Source: an uncultured Nitrospinota bacterium
GTDB lineage: Bacteria; Nitrospinota; Nitrospinia; Nitrospinales; JAJDAT01
DNA: 64,000 bases
Assembly: GCA_964344185.1 (NCBI GenBank)
Contig: CAYFMN010000014.1
Coordinates: 1,384-65,383 of the forward strand
Reading direction: 5' to 3'
Shown: in pieces, positions 39,060-50,319 of the stretch
Layout of the letters: each line of letters starts with the position of its first letter
Position numbering within the stretch: the first letter of the stretch is position 1
The notes under the pieces: model-generated
The model's database searches: none
What the model saw: the letters and a program-made list of their open reading frames with translations, nothing else
What the model was told of the DNA's origin: nothing
Made by a program: the position numbers and the translations under genes

Positions 39060-39833
39060 ATGGAATTTATCAGTTCCCTTCCTACGTGGCTTTTAACAAT
39101 TTACTTTTTTATATTTGGGCTAGCGGTAGGCAGTTTTTGCAACGTTTGCATTTACCGGTTGCCGCGCGAAGAATCTATCGTTTTTCCGTCATCTCATTGC
39201 GTAGCTTGCCAACACCCAATCGCCTGGAGAGATAACATTCCTGTTTTAGGATATTTGGCTCTGTTTGGCAAATGTAGAAATTGTAACTCCAGGATTTCAA
39301 TTATTTATCCGATAATAGAGTTAATAACTGGAGTTTTGTTAGCGGCAGTCTACTTAAGATTTGGAATTAGTTGGGAAACTATAATTTTTTCAATAGTTGT
39401 ACCCGCTCTCGTAGTGATAACAATTATCGACTGGCAACATCAAATTATCCCAGATTTAATCACGCTTCCAGGAATCCTATTTGGTTTTGCAGCAGGCTCA
39501 TACATGAATGGATTTCTTCCATCTCTTATCGGTTTTCTAGTTGGAGGAGGTCTTTTTTACTTAATAGCAGTTTTTAGCGGCGGGAAAGGAATGGGAGGAG
39601 GAGATATAAAATATATGGCGGCTGCAGGAGCGTTATTAGCCTGGAAAAAGACTCTATTAGTTATATTTTCAGGTTCTTTATTAGGCACAATTTATGGGCT
39701 GCCTTTGGTTCTTTTAGGAAAAAAAGGACGAAAAAGCAAAGTGCCATTCGGTCCTTTTCTAGCAGGCGCCACTCTTATTGCAATTTTTTCCGGCGACCAA
39801 TTAATATGGATTTATTTAAGCTCAATGGCATAA
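39060..39833 (+). CDS. pilD: type IV prepilin leader peptidase (A24 family)
   Basis: N-terminal Cys cluster (CVAC...CRNC), polytopic membrane protein, GGGDIKYMAAAG (GxGD) active-site motif. Confidence 0.9.
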   Translation: MEFISSLPTWLLTIYFFIFGLAVGSFCNVCIYRLPREESIVFPSSHCVACQHPIAWRDNIPVLGYLALFGKCRNCNSRISIIYPIIELITGVLLAAVYLRFGISWETIIFSIVVPALVVITIIDWQHQIIPDLITLPGILFGFAAGSYMNGFLPSLIGFLVGGGLFYLIAVFSGGKGMGGGDIKYMAAAGALLAWKKTLLVIFSGSLLGTIYGLPLVLLGKKGRKSKVPFGPFLAGATLIAIFSGDQLIWIYLSSMA

Positions 39834-39907
39834 TTAGATTATCACCCCTAAAAAGCTTGTGTATATAAATTTAGACATTACGTAACCTTTCTAATTTTCC
39901 ATAAAAA

Positions 39908-40432
39908 ATGAAAAACGACTTTTCTGAAATTCAAAAATCAATCGAAAAACTAGATCAAGAAATTCAAGAAAGGAAAAAGGAATATGTTTCGCTAAAAATT
40001 CTTTTATATGCAGGAATTTTTCTTTTATTGGCGGGAGGTCTGTACTCCAACTCCACGCTGCAAAAAGTACAATTAGAAAGTTTAGAAAAAAGTTTTTCGA
40101 GTTTCCAGAGTAAACTTAACCAGGATATTGGAAATATAGAAGTTGCTTTATATAATTCTCTTCAACAACAAGGAAAAGAATTGGAAAAACTAATCTCTAA
40201 AAATGAAAAACACCGCAAGCTAGTAAAAACAAGATCCCAATTTGAAAAACTAAAGAAATCTTTTCAAAAGGCGGAAAATGAACTAAATAAATTAAAAAAC
40301 GTAGATCCTCAAACCGAAAAAGCGATTTCAGAATATCGAAAAATAACCGCGCTTATTTTAAACTTTTATTCTCAATCAATTCATCCGCCTATAAAATCTG
40401 AGTCGAAATCTTCTCCGCCATCAAAAAAATAA
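39908..40432 (+). CDS. hypothetical coiled-coil protein with one TM helix
   Basis: K/E/Q-rich heptad-like sequence and a hydrophobic segment (LLYAGIFLLLAGGLY). No recognisable family. Confidence 0.5.
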   Translation: MKNDFSEIQKSIEKLDQEIQERKKEYVSLKILLYAGIFLLLAGGLYSNSTLQKVQLESLEKSFSSFQSKLNQDIGNIEVALYNSLQQQGKELEKLISKNEKHRKLVKTRSQFEKLKKSFQKAENELNKLKNVDPQTEKAISEYRKITALILNFYSQSIHPPIKSESKSSPPSKK

Positions 40433-40927
40433 TTCGCGTGAATTAAGAAAACTTTTAATAGTATTTAGTTTCCTCGTTTTAAACTTAGCGCGTACGTTTT
40501 GCCTTTTCCCTTTTACCTCCGCTTGAGATTCAGTTAAACCTGTTTGTACAAAACTTGGAATTGAAACTACTAAAATGAAAAACAATATTCCTATGAGAAT
40601 ATCCATCAACTTGGCTTACATGTAACGAACTTCCTACTGGAAAAAATGGGAGCTTTGTAAGCTCCAAAAAAACTAAAAACCACTAAGGCATTGCTTTTTA
40701 GAAACAACCTTTTCCCTTAACAATCAAAACAACCTTCATTTCAATAAAAAACATAACTCCCCCAACATAACACTTTGATTTATAGTTAGTTGCAAAACGA
40801 AAAACTCTTAACAATTTAACTTTATAAAGATAGTTCTCTTTGGAGGAATTTTTCTCAATAACAAATAGTGGTAGGAATTATTACCAAACCTTAACCTCTT
40901 ATAAGTTTGTGGATAATTTAAAAACGC

Positions 40928-41848
40928 TTGAAATCAAAATCCATTCGAGAGAGAATATGGGTTTTCAATGAATACAACTTAATTATGCTCGCTTTTGCAA
41001 AAGATATAACAAAGACGGATCACATTCACCCTGAAGAGTCCAATGATCCTAAATTAAAAGAATATATGGACTATCAAAGAAAACTAAACCATGAAATGTT
41101 GGTTTATCATTCTTTGGACCACGCTAAAATATACCTTCAAAGAGCTCTGGATGGCGAGAAAGAAGAGGAAATAAAAGATTTCGTAAAATCAGCTTTCCCC
41201 ATGTCTCATACTTACGCTAATTCAGATAAAATTCTGTTGATGCTACGCAAATTAATTAACGGACACAACTCAACCAATAACTGGTACAGAATGAATTCGT
41301 TTTATCAAACAATCGTGTACGAGTGTATTGAGCGATTTTGCAAAATATACAACCAGTTATTAAAAGAGGACCCGGATAAAGCTGAAAGCTATAATGTCTC
41401 GAAAAATGTAGAAGTCGATTTTGACGACTGGGTCCAACTCCATTTTTTCAATCTTGATTTTATGGTAGGCCGTCCTCCGCAATATACTCATTACTTATTC
41501 ATTCGGAGAAACCGAGCAATAGAAGGTTCACTTAAAAAGGAAATGGAAAATGGTTCTTCCAAAAAAGACGCCTTGGATACAATAAAAGACAATTTTTCAA
41601 TAGAAGAAGACGCCATTAAAACGATCCTGAATCAGCCAATAACCGATAAAGATCTAGAGTTATTTTATACTTCTGTTGAAAACCCCATTTATGAATATTT
41701 GTACGATGTAGACCAAGCGGGTATGGGCGAAGATGAAACGTTGATAGATCACTCCTATTTCATGGGCTGTCAGTTTAAAGGTTTAAATTACCAAGAAGCC
41801 GAAAAAACAATGGAGTCCATTCTTAATTCGCAAAAAAATATCAATTAA
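40928..41848 (+). CDS. hypothetical protein
   Basis: Long ORF with a coding-like composition and no recognisable motifs. The TTG start is uncertain; an internal ATG at 40985 is possible. Confidence 0.5.
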   Translation: MKSKSIRERIWVFNEYNLIMLAFAKDITKTDHIHPEESNDPKLKEYMDYQRKLNHEMLVYHSLDHAKIYLQRALDGEKEEEIKDFVKSAFPMSHTYANSDKILLMLRKLINGHNSTNNWYRMNSFYQTIVYECIERFCKIYNQLLKEDPDKAESYNVSKNVEVDFDDWVQLHFFNLDFMVGRPPQYTHYLFIRRNRAIEGSLKKEMENGSSKKDALDTIKDNFSIEEDAIKTILNQPITDKDLELFYTSVENPIYEYLYDVDQAGMGEDETLIDHSYFMGCQFKGLNYQEAEKTMESILNSQKNIN

Positions 41849-41926
41849 AACTAACATTATAAAAGTTTGACAATATTTTATCGGTTTGTTAGCGTACCAG
41901 CCTCACAATAATTAAGGAAATGTACT

Positions 41927-42979
41927 ATGCCGTGGGATGATTTACACGATCCAAAAGGACCTACCGGAGGTTCTGGAGGCGGCCCGAAAAAAAGTCCATC
42001 GGGCGGTCCTCAAATGGAAATACCTCAAATTAAAATTCCAAATTTAAAGCCTTCGTCTTTTTTCGGAATAGGACTACTTCTATTAGTTATTTGGTTGGTT
42101 CCAGGGATATTTTATACCGTTCAACCAGACGAAGAAGGAGTTGTTACTCGTTTTGGGAAATACGTAAGGTCAACCGGACCAGGTCTCCATTTTAAATTAC
42201 CATCTCCTTTTGAACACGTTCGTACTCCAAAAGTTAAAAAAGTTAGAAGGATAGAAGTCGGGTTTCGAATCTTAAATTCGGGTCCTCCTCAAAAGGTCCG
42301 AGACGTGCCAGTAGAATCCTTAATGCTAACAGGCGATCAAAACATAGTCGATATCGATTTAGTGGTTCAATACCAAATCCGAAACGCTCCTGACTATCTT
42401 TTTAATATTAAATCTCGAGACAAATTAGTTAGGAACTCAGCGGAAACAGTAATTCGTGGAATTGTCGGCAGCAAAAATATTGACGAGGCTTTAACGACAG
42501 GAAAAGATGAAATACAGATTTTAGCCAAAGAACAAATTCAGACACTGCTAGACAAATATGAAGCAGGAATGCAGATTGTAACTACCCAGCTTCAAGACGT
42601 ACATCCACCGCAACAAGTTGCAGCGGCTTTTAAAGATGTTGTAAGCGCGCGCGAAGATAAAGAACGTATGATCAATCAGGCTCAGGGTTATAGAAAAGCC
42701 GTCATTCCTGAAACGAGAGGTAAATCGGCTCAGATAGTGAGACAAGCGGAAGCTTACAGAGAAGAAAAAATTAAAAGAGCTCAAGGCGACACGCAGGGAT
42801 TTTTAGCTTTATATGAAGAGTATAGAAAAGCTCCGGAAATTACGCGCAAAAGGCTTTATTTAGAAACTATGGAAGAAATTTTACCAGACATGAAAAAAGT
42901 TGTTGTTGGCAAAAGCACAGGAAATGTCTTACCAATTTTACCTTTGGGACAAACGCCTCAGGCATTGCAAGGAAAATAA
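41927..42979 (+). CDS. hflK: FtsH protease modulator HflK (SPFH family)
   Basis: G/P-rich N-terminus, TM helix, SPFH domain (VQPDEEGVVTRFGKY...GPGLHFKLP). Adjacent to hflC. Confidence 0.9.
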   Translation: MPWDDLHDPKGPTGGSGGGPKKSPSGGPQMEIPQIKIPNLKPSSFFGIGLLLLVIWLVPGIFYTVQPDEEGVVTRFGKYVRSTGPGLHFKLPSPFEHVRTPKVKKVRRIEVGFRILNSGPPQKVRDVPVESLMLTGDQNIVDIDLVVQYQIRNAPDYLFNIKSRDKLVRNSAETVIRGIVGSKNIDEALTTGKDEIQILAKEQIQTLLDKYEAGMQIVTTQLQDVHPPQQVAAAFKDVVSAREDKERMINQAQGYRKAVIPETRGKSAQIVRQAEAYREEKIKRAQGDTQGFLALYEEYRKAPEITRKRLYLETMEEILPDMKKVVVGKSTGNVLPILPLGQTPQALQGK

Positions 42980-43009
42980 ACCGATAATCTTAATTGCTGG
43001 ATAAAAACT

Positions 43010-43861
43010 ATGGCACAAAAAGGGATATTAATTGTTTTAGGGGCCTTTTTCTTAATCGTCTATTATTCCGTCTTCACCGTACATATGACCAAAACAGCCG
43101 TGCTGCTGCAAATGGGAAGGCCCGTAAAGACGGTTACGAATCCAGGTCTGCATTTTAAGATCCCTTTTATACAACAAGTCGAATATTTTCCGAGTATTTT
43201 ACTTTCCCATGATTCAGCTCCCGCAGAATTAATTACCAAAGACAAAAAAAATCTTTTAATTGATAGTTTTGCTATGTGGAGAGTTGTTGACCCATTAAAG
43301 TTTCTTCAAACCGTCCGGGACCAAAGAGGCGCTCGGTCTCGACTAGACGATATTATATATTCTGAATTACGAGTTGAAATGGGTACCCATGACTTGATTG
43401 ATATCATCCTAAAAACGCGCGAAGCAATTATGGATATAGTAACTAAAAAATCTAACGAAAAAGCGGGCGAGTACGGTATTGAAGTCGTAGACGTTAGAAT
43501 TAAAAGAGCCGACCTACCTCCTGAAATTGCTAATTCAATTTTTGATCGAATGCGCACCGAACGAGAAAGAATTGCTAAAGAATATCGCTCAGAAGGCACC
43601 GAGGAAGCTACAAAAATTCGAGCTCAAACCGATAAAGAAAAAGTTATTTTGATTGCCGATGCTTATAAACAAGAACAAAAGCTTAAAGGCGAAGGCGACG
43701 GTATTGCCGCTAAAATATATGCGGAAGCTTTTAATAAAGACCCCAAGTTTTACGAATTTATTCGGTCCATGCAGGCATATAAAAATTCTCTTAAAACAGA
43801 AACCACTATTATGCTTTCTGAGAATTCAGAGTTTTTAGAGTTTTTAAACCCTAATCGGTAA
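43010..43861 (+). CDS. hflC: FtsH protease modulator HflC (SPFH family)
   Basis: N-terminal TM helix and SPFH domain (PGLHFKIPFIQQV, EYGIEVVDVRIKRADLP). Confidence 0.9.
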   Translation: MAQKGILIVLGAFFLIVYYSVFTVHMTKTAVLLQMGRPVKTVTNPGLHFKIPFIQQVEYFPSILLSHDSAPAELITKDKKNLLIDSFAMWRVVDPLKFLQTVRDQRGARSRLDDIIYSELRVEMGTHDLIDIILKTREAIMDIVTKKSNEKAGEYGIEVVDVRIKRADLPPEIANSIFDRMRTERERIAKEYRSEGTEEATKIRAQTDKEKVILIADAYKQEQKLKGEGDGIAAKIYAEAFNKDPKFYEFIRSMQAYKNSLKTETTIMLSENSEFLEFLNPNR

Positions 43862-44027
43862 AACTTTTAAACTTTCAACTTTAAAGTGGTCATTTTTTTA
43901 AATAAACTGTTGAAAATTGTAAACGCGCAGATTTTCGAAACTCCCATTTAATTATAATGGCCTCCAAGCCTCATTTAATTTTCCCGTTACAACTTATTGA
44001 CCTTAGATTTCATTTCAGGAAGAAGTT

Positions 44028-45386
44028 ATGAATATAGTCATAGTTGGAGCGGGGGTAGTCGGCTTTAACCTTGCTGAAGAGTTATCTCAGGAAGGTCACG
44101 ACATTTCTATAATTGACGCCCACCCTGAAAAAATAAAGCAAATTAGCGATAAGCTCGACGTTTTAAGCGTACAAGGAAACGCTTGTTTCCCAAGCGTTCT
44201 TTTGCGTGCGGGAATAAAACAAGCGGAAATGGTTATCGCCGTCACAAACAAAGACGAAATCAATCTTTTTGTTTGTATGCTAGCCCACAAATTTTCGGTT
44301 GAAAAGCGATTTGCCCGGTTTCAAACAATGGAGTTTACCTCGGAAAACTCTGTGTTTCCTCCTGATCAATTATTCATTGACCAAGCCATAACTCCCGGGC
44401 AGATTATTGTGGATTTTATCCAGAAAATATTAGCTACTCCAGGAGCTGTCAATGTAGCCGAGTTTGCCGACGGCGAAATTTTATTGAGAGGGTTCGAAGT
44501 CCACGAGGAAGCTCCTTTAGCTAATAAAAAAATTGAAGAACTAAAAGCAGTCAACGAATTCAATTCTTTTTTGATCGTCGCTATTGTCCGAGATGGCAAC
44601 CTTATAATTCCAAAAGAAACCGATGAAATTCATGCTGGCGATAAGATTTATATGCTTGTTCAGAAGGAATTCATGCCTCTTATCCTTCCAATGTTAAATA
44701 AAAAAATAGAGGAAACAAATAAGATCGTAATTGTTGGAGCTAATTCAGTATCTATCGACCTAGCCAAAAAATTGGAAGAAAACTTTAACGATATTTCAAT
44801 AATAGAACCTTCAATTGAGAAAGCCGATTTAGCGGTGGATGAGCTTTCTAAGACGGTGGTTCTTCATGGAAGCGGAACAGACCCTGATCTATTTAATGAA
44901 ATAAACGTCCAAGATGCCGATTTTTTTATGGCTCTTACCGAGGATGACGAACATAACATCCTTTCAGCTTTGTTAGCCAAAAAGCAGGGAGCTAAACGGG
45001 TATTGGTAATTACCAATGACCCGGGCTATATTCCAATTTTAGACTCAATAGGAATGGACATTGCTATTAATCCGCGCTTGATAACAGTCGGAGCAATTTT
45101 AAAACATTTGCGAAAAGGACAAGTTCGCTCCGTTTATAAGCTCCTTGAAAACGAAGCCGAGGTTTTAGAGATCGTAGCAAACCCTAAGTCTTCCATAATC
45201 GATAAAAAAATTGAGAAAATCAAATTTCCCGAAGACGCAATTATCGGAGCCATTTTGCGTAATGGGGAAATGATCGTTCCCGATCAAGAGTGTTCGATTC
45301 AATCGGGCGACTCTGTTATTGTAGTCGCTCTTCCAAACTCTATTGATAAAATAGAAAAACTCTTTGGAAAACGAAGGTTTTTTTAG
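44028..45386 (+). CDS. trkA: Trk potassium uptake system NAD-binding subunit TrkA
   Basis: Two RCK/TrkA-N modules (MNIVIVGAGVVGFNLA and KIVIVGANSVSIDLA), each followed by a TrkA-C domain. Confidence 0.9.
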   Translation: MNIVIVGAGVVGFNLAEELSQEGHDISIIDAHPEKIKQISDKLDVLSVQGNACFPSVLLRAGIKQAEMVIAVTNKDEINLFVCMLAHKFSVEKRFARFQTMEFTSENSVFPPDQLFIDQAITPGQIIVDFIQKILATPGAVNVAEFADGEILLRGFEVHEEAPLANKKIEELKAVNEFNSFLIVAIVRDGNLIIPKETDEIHAGDKIYMLVQKEFMPLILPMLNKKIEETNKIVIVGANSVSIDLAKKLEENFNDISIIEPSIEKADLAVDELSKTVVLHGSGTDPDLFNEINVQDADFFMALTEDDEHNILSALLAKKQGAKRVLVITNDPGYIPILDSIGMDIAINPRLITVGAILKHLRKGQVRSVYKLLENEAEVLEIVANPKSSIIDKKIEKIKFPEDAIIGAILRNGEMIVPDQECSIQSGDSVIVVALPNSIDKIEKLFGKRRFF

Positions 45387-45391
45387 GACTA

Positions 45392-46864
45392 ATGAACCTA
45401 AAAGCCGTATTCAACGTTGTTGGCATTCTCTTAATACTACTGTCGGGGATTTTTCTAATCCCTTTAGCGGTTTCCGTTGGTTTCGGCGAAAATGGAACAA
45501 ATGGAAATATGTCCTCGGTACAAGCTTTTTCATGGACATTTATCCTGACATTTTCGCTTGGAATCTCCATGTGGAAACTACTTCCCTCAGGCCTGGACAA
45601 CTTAAGGGATCGAGAAGGTTTTGCTATCGTCTCGTTTTCCTGGGTATGTATTTCCTTAATTGGCGCAATTCCCTATTATTTAACCGGAGTTTGTCCGGAG
45701 TTTATCGACGCTTTTTTTGAAAGCATGAGTGGCTTTACCACCACTGGAGCCACAATATTTAAAGATATAGATCCTCTTCCCAAGGGAATTTTATTTTGGC
45801 GCAACCTTACTCAATGGCTAGGGGGAATGGGAATCATTATGCTTTCTCTAGCTATTTTCCCCGCTCTTGGCATAGGCAGTTTTCACTTATTTAAAGCGGA
45901 AGTGCCTGGGGGAGCGGCTGTCGAAAGAGTACAACCAAGATTAGCGGAAACAGCGAAAATTCTCTGGAAAGTTTATTTAGCTTTAACGGTTGTAGAAATT
46001 TTGTTTTTAAAATTTGGCGGAATTGGATGGTTTGACGCAATTTGCCACACTTTTTCCACCGTAGCAACCGGTGGATTTTCACCTCATACTGCTAGCGTTG
46101 CTGCCTTTAATAGTTTGTATGTTGAATGCGTTGTTATGCTGTTTATGTTCTTAGGCGGTATTAACTTTGCTATTCAATACGACGCAATACATGGAAATTT
46201 CAACTCCGCCCTTAAAAACCCTGAATTAAGATTTTACGTAGGATTAATTCTTTTCGGCATCGTCTTCGTTTCTTTTGGGCTTTGGCAAACAAACCCAGAA
46301 TCTGGCTTTGGGTCGGCGTTACGGAAAGCTTCATTTCAAACGGTTTCCATAAATACGACCACCGGATTTGCTACAGACGACTTTAACGTTTGGCCCAACT
46401 TTTTAAAAATCTTTTTGTTGGGACTAATGATGATTGGCGGGTGCGTAGGCTCTACTAGTGGTTCGTTAAAATCAATAAGAATCTTAGTAATTTTCAAAGT
46501 AATTATCCGTGAATTACAAAAAATTGTTCAACCTAGAGGAGTTTTTCACGTTAAAGTTGGCTCCAAAACTGTGGATAATAATCAATTACTAAATGTGGTT
46601 GGCTTGGCTGGGCTTTATATGGGAATCTTTTTTATGGTCTCCATTTTTCTATCAATGCTAGGCTGTGATCCAACAACATCTATTTCCGCTACTATTGCAT
46701 CCCTATTTAATATAGGGCCTGGATTAGGACAGGTTGGAGCAACAGGCAATTATGCCGATATACCCAACTTGGGAAAATGGGCTATTATTTTTTGTATGTT
46801 TATTGGAAGGCTAGAAATTTATGGCGTTTTAGCTTTATTTATGCCATTTACATGGCGTAAATAA
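45392..46864 (+). CDS. trkH: Trk/Ktr-type potassium transporter membrane subunit TrkH
   Basis: Polytopic protein with repeated selectivity-filter-like motifs (SGFTTTGAT, TVATGGFS, NTTTGFAT, VGSTSGSLK). Confidence 0.9.
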   Translation: MNLKAVFNVVGILLILLSGIFLIPLAVSVGFGENGTNGNMSSVQAFSWTFILTFSLGISMWKLLPSGLDNLRDREGFAIVSFSWVCISLIGAIPYYLTGVCPEFIDAFFESMSGFTTTGATIFKDIDPLPKGILFWRNLTQWLGGMGIIMLSLAIFPALGIGSFHLFKAEVPGGAAVERVQPRLAETAKILWKVYLALTVVEILFLKFGGIGWFDAICHTFSTVATGGFSPHTASVAAFNSLYVECVVMLFMFLGGINFAIQYDAIHGNFNSALKNPELRFYVGLILFGIVFVSFGLWQTNPESGFGSALRKASFQTVSINTTTGFATDDFNVWPNFLKIFLLGLMMIGGCVGSTSGSLKSIRILVIFKVIIRELQKIVQPRGVFHVKVGSKTVDNNQLLNVVGLAGLYMGIFFMVSIFLSMLGCDPTTSISATIASLFNIGPGLGQVGATGNYADIPNLGKWAIIFCMFIGRLEIYGVLALFMPFTWRK

Positions 46865-47036
46865 TATTTGATTTTCATTTTTTTATATTTTAATATCCTC
46901 CAATCCCTACCCAGTCAATTAGATAATGGCTATCTGCTAGATACTTGGAGATTGGTTAAACTTTTTTGAATAAATTTCATATTAAAACTTTTTTAACGTT
47001 ATAAAAATAAAACGATTTTATTAAAGGATTTAAGCG

Positions 47037-48848
47037 ATGGGAAGCGAAACTAAGCCGCTTAAAATTACAGACACAATACTGAGAGACGCTCATCAATCGT
47101 TATTGGCCACTCGCATGCGTACCGAAGACATGCTTCCAATAGCTGCAAAACTGGATCAAGTGGGTTATTTTTCGCTTGAAAATTGGGGAGGAGCTACTTT
47201 TGATAGCTGCATCCGTTTTTTAAACGAAAGCCCATGGGATCGAGCAAGAGAATTAAAAAAACGTATGCCTAAAACACCTTTTCAAATGTTACTACGAGGG
47301 CAAAACTTATTAGGCTATCGGCATTATGCAGACGATGTAGTAGAACGTTTTGTAAAAAAATCAGTCGATGTAGGTATTAATATTTTTAGAATTTTCGACG
47401 CGCTTAATGATTTCCGCAACATTCGAAAAGCGATGGAAACCGTTAAGAAATGTGGAGAGATGGTAGAAGGAACCATAAGCTATACAGTCAGCCCAGTCCA
47501 TAATATTGAGCTTTACCTTAAAATGGCCAAACAATTAGAAGATATGGGCGCCGATATAATCTGTATTAAGGATATGGCAGGACTTTTAACCCCTCAAATT
47601 ACGCGTTCCTTAGTTAGAGAAATAAAAAGTAACATCAACCTACCAGTTCACTTGCATACCCACGCAACTACCGGATTAGTAGGAATGAATCTGCAATGCG
47701 CTATTGATGAAGGAGTTGATATAGTTGATACGGCAATTTCCGCATTAGCAATGGGCACTTCTCAGTTTGCTACCGAATGTGTTGTTGCATCCCTTAAAGG
47801 AACCGAACGAGACACTGGTTTAGATATCAATCTCCTTCACGAGATTGCCGACTACTTTAAAGATGTCAAAAAACACTACGCACAATTCGAAAGCAATTTT
47901 AAAGGCGTTGATATTAAAATCTTAGATTCCCAAATTCCAGGCGGCATGATTTCCAATATGGAAAATCAATTAAAAGAGCAAAATGCTTCAGATAAAATTC
48001 AAGAAGTTTTAAAGGAGGTTCCAAGAGTCAGAAAAGATATGGGTTATCCTCCATTGGTAACGCCAACAAGCCAAATCGTTGGTTCCCAAGCTACCCTTAA
48101 TGTATTAACAGGAGAGCGTTACAAAATAATTACCAAAGAAACACGAGAATGTTTATTAGGAAAATACGGCAAACTTCCCGGTGAATTGAATCAAGAACTC
48201 TTTGAAAAAGTATCTGCAGATGCAAAAATAATCGACTGTAGACCCGCAGATTTATTAGAACCAGAATGGGAACAAGTTAAAAAAGAATGCGAAGGTAAAG
48301 TAAGCGAAGAAGAAGACTTACTTACATATGCTATGTTTCCGAAAGTTGCTCTAAAGTTTTTTGAAACTCGAAACGACCCAACTGTAACGGAAAAGGCTAG
48401 AGCTTTAGCCGCAAAACCAAAATCAACAAATGGATCAACTTCAACTACTGTAGCGTCGGCTCCTTCCGGACCTGCAAACTATACGGTCAACGTAAATGGC
48501 AAAGCTTATTCAGTTGAAGTTGTCCCTGCTGGATCAGCTCCAACAGCGCCTGCGCCGACTGCAACCCCAGCCGCTCCTGCTGCGGCTCCTCAACCAGCAA
48601 CGTCATCGACAGCTCCAGCAACACCAACCGGTTCAGGTAATATACTTGAGGCAAAATTACCGGGAACTATTGTTTCTATAAAGGTTCAAGTTGGTTCGGC
48701 TATTTCTGAAGGCGACACTGTTTTAGTAATTGAAGCCATGAAAATGGAAACGGAAGTTAAGTCAACCTTTACAGGAACCATCCAAACAATTCACGTTCAA
48801 GAAGGCAACAACGTGAGCGCTGGAGATCCGCTGGTAACGATTGGATAA
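47037..48848 (+). CDS. oadA: oxaloacetate decarboxylase alpha subunit (carboxyltransferase plus biotinyl carrier domain)
   Basis: HMGL-like carboxyltransferase ([21 protein letters not shown]), a Pro/Ala-rich linker, and a biotinyl domain with EAMKMETE. Followed by beta and gamma subunit genes. Confidence 0.88.
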   Translation: MGSETKPLKITDTILRDAHQSLLATRMRTEDMLPIAAKLDQVGYFSLENWGGATFDSCIRFLNESPWDRARELKKRMPKTPFQMLLRGQNLLGYRHYADDVVERFVKKSVDVGINIFRIFDALNDFRNIRKAMETVKKCGEMVEGTISYTVSPVHNIELYLKMAKQLEDMGADIICIKDMAGLLTPQITRSLVREIKSNINLPVHLHTHATTGLVGMNLQCAIDEGVDIVDTAISALAMGTSQFATECVVASLKGTERDTGLDINLLHEIADYFKDVKKHYAQFESNFKGVDIKILDSQIPGGMISNMENQLKEQNASDKIQEVLKEVPRVRKDMGYPPLVTPTSQIVGSQATLNVLTGERYKIITKETRECLLGKYGKLPGELNQELFEKVSADAKIIDCRPADLLEPEWEQVKKECEGKVSEEEDLLTYAMFPKVALKFFETRNDPTVTEKARALAAKPKSTNGSTSTTVASAPSGPANYTVNVNGKAYSVEVVPAGSAPTAPAPTATPAAPAAAPQPATSSTAPATPTGSGNILEAKLPGTIVSIKVQVGSAISEGDTVLVIEAMKMETEVKSTFTGTIQTIHVQEGNNVSAGDPLVTIG

Positions 48849-50044
48849 TGGAAAGTTCCTTAGGAGATACTTTTTCTAAAATCGTCGGAATGACGGGTTT
48901 TATGGCGATGACGCCTGGTCATTTAATAATGATCGGGGTTTCTTGCGTATTGCTGTATCTTGCTATTTGGAAAAAATTTGAGCCTTTACTGCTTCTTCCA
49001 ATCGGATTTGGCTGCCTCTTAGCAAACTTACCCTTAAGTAATATGGCTTCCGATGCCGAAGGCGGTCTTTTAAATATCTTTTATTTTGGCGTCAAACACG
49101 AAGTTTTACCGCCTTTGATTTTTTTAGGGGTTGGAGCCCTTACTGATTTCGGCCCTTTATTAGCTAATCCCAGCACTTTACTTTTAGGAGCGGCGGCTCA
49201 AATTGGAATTTACTCCACATTAGTTGGCGCCGTAATGCTTGGGTTTAACTTACAGGAAGCAAGCGCCATCGGTATCATAGGCGGAGCCGACGGACCGACT
49301 TCTATTTTTCTAGCTAGTAAATTAGCTCCACACTTATTAGGCCCTATAGCTGTAGCGGCATATTCTTATATGTCCTTGGTGCCTTTGATTCAACCGCCAA
49401 TTATGAGATGGCTTACAACTCCCGAAGAAAGAAAAATTCGGATGGAGCAACTAAAACCCATTTCACAAAACGTTAAAGTCATATTCCCAGTCGCTACTAC
49501 AATTTTATGCACTATGATATTACCCGGTGTAGCTCCATTATTGGGAATGCTCATGTTAGGAAATTTATTCAGGGAATCTGGCGTCACAGGAAGACTTCAT
49601 GAAACCTCGGAAACACACTTGATAAACATTGTTACTATTTTACTTGCCCTTTCCGTGGGTGGGTCCATGACAGCCGAATCTTTTCTCAAATTAGAGACCA
49701 TAAAGATTATTATTCTAGGTTTGTTAGCGTTTGTAGTCGCTACCGCAGGAGGCGTCTTGTTTGGCAAACTTATGTGTAAACTTAGCGGAGGAAAGGTGAA
49801 TCCTTTAATTGGATCCGCAGGAGTTTCTGCAGTTCCTATGGCTGCTAGAGTTTCTCAAAAAGTTGGTTCTGAAGAAGACCATGGTAATTTTTTATTGATG
49901 CATGCTATGGGTCCAAACGTTGCTGGAGTAATCGGTAGCGCCGTCGCTGCTGGAGTATTTGTGTCGTTATTTGGAACTCCTGATCCAGTATCACATGCGG
50001 CTTTGCAAACAGCTTCTAATTTAATAAATCCTTTAGCTCCTTAA
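48848..50044 (+). CDS. oadB: sodium-translocating decarboxylase beta subunit
   Basis: Polytopic OadB-family protein ([27 protein letters not shown]). 1-nt overlap (TAATG) with oadA. Confidence 0.9.
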   Translation: MESSLGDTFSKIVGMTGFMAMTPGHLIMIGVSCVLLYLAIWKKFEPLLLLPIGFGCLLANLPLSNMASDAEGGLLNIFYFGVKHEVLPPLIFLGVGALTDFGPLLANPSTLLLGAAAQIGIYSTLVGAVMLGFNLQEASAIGIIGGADGPTSIFLASKLAPHLLGPIAVAAYSYMSLVPLIQPPIMRWLTTPEERKIRMEQLKPISQNVKVIFPVATTILCTMILPGVAPLLGMLMLGNLFRESGVTGRLHETSETHLINIVTILLALSVGGSMTAESFLKLETIKIIILGLLAFVVATAGGVLFGKLMCKLSGGKVNPLIGSAGVSAVPMAARVSQKVGSEEDHGNFLLMHAMGPNVAGVIGSAVAAGVFVSLFGTPDPVSHAALQTASNLINPLAP

Positions 50045-50048
50045 TTCA

Positions 50049-50300
50049 ATGTCACCGATAAATTCCGCTGTCTTCGTATCTTTAATATCGATTTCGGTAA
50101 TTTTTATCATCCTATCAAGCTTAATTTTTGTTATTAAGGTCCTAGTAAAATGGATGCCTTATGAACCGCCTCCAAAACCAATCCCCGCTTCTGATAACTC
50201 AGAAACATCCGAACACGTAGTGGCAATTCATTCCGCACTGGCTCACTATTTAGGAAAAGCTCCTAACGAAATACAAATTACAAATATTCGGTCTTTATAA
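50049..50300 (+). CDS. oadG: OadG-family small membrane subunit (gamma)
   Basis: 83 aa with a single N-terminal TM helix, located immediately after oadB. Confidence 0.7.
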   Translation: MSPINSAVFVSLISISVIFIILSSLIFVIKVLVKWMPYEPPPKPIPASDNSETSEHVVAIHSALAHYLGKAPNEIQITNIRSL

Positions 50301-50319
50301 TTTCTTTAAGCCTTGAAGA

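Noticed and set aside
40421-40665. 62-aa minus-strand ORF with a hydrophobic N-terminus, plus an A-flanked hairpin at 40648-40665 as a possible small gene or minus-strand terminator
   Set aside because: The hairpin stem is only 5 bp. The ORF has no SD, no pilin-like or other motif, and its 3' end overlaps the convergent gene. The evidence is insufficient.
45364-45720. 118-aa ORF overlapping the trkA end and trkH start
   Set aside because: It lies in an alternative frame entirely within the well-supported trkA/trkH coding sequence and has no motif support.
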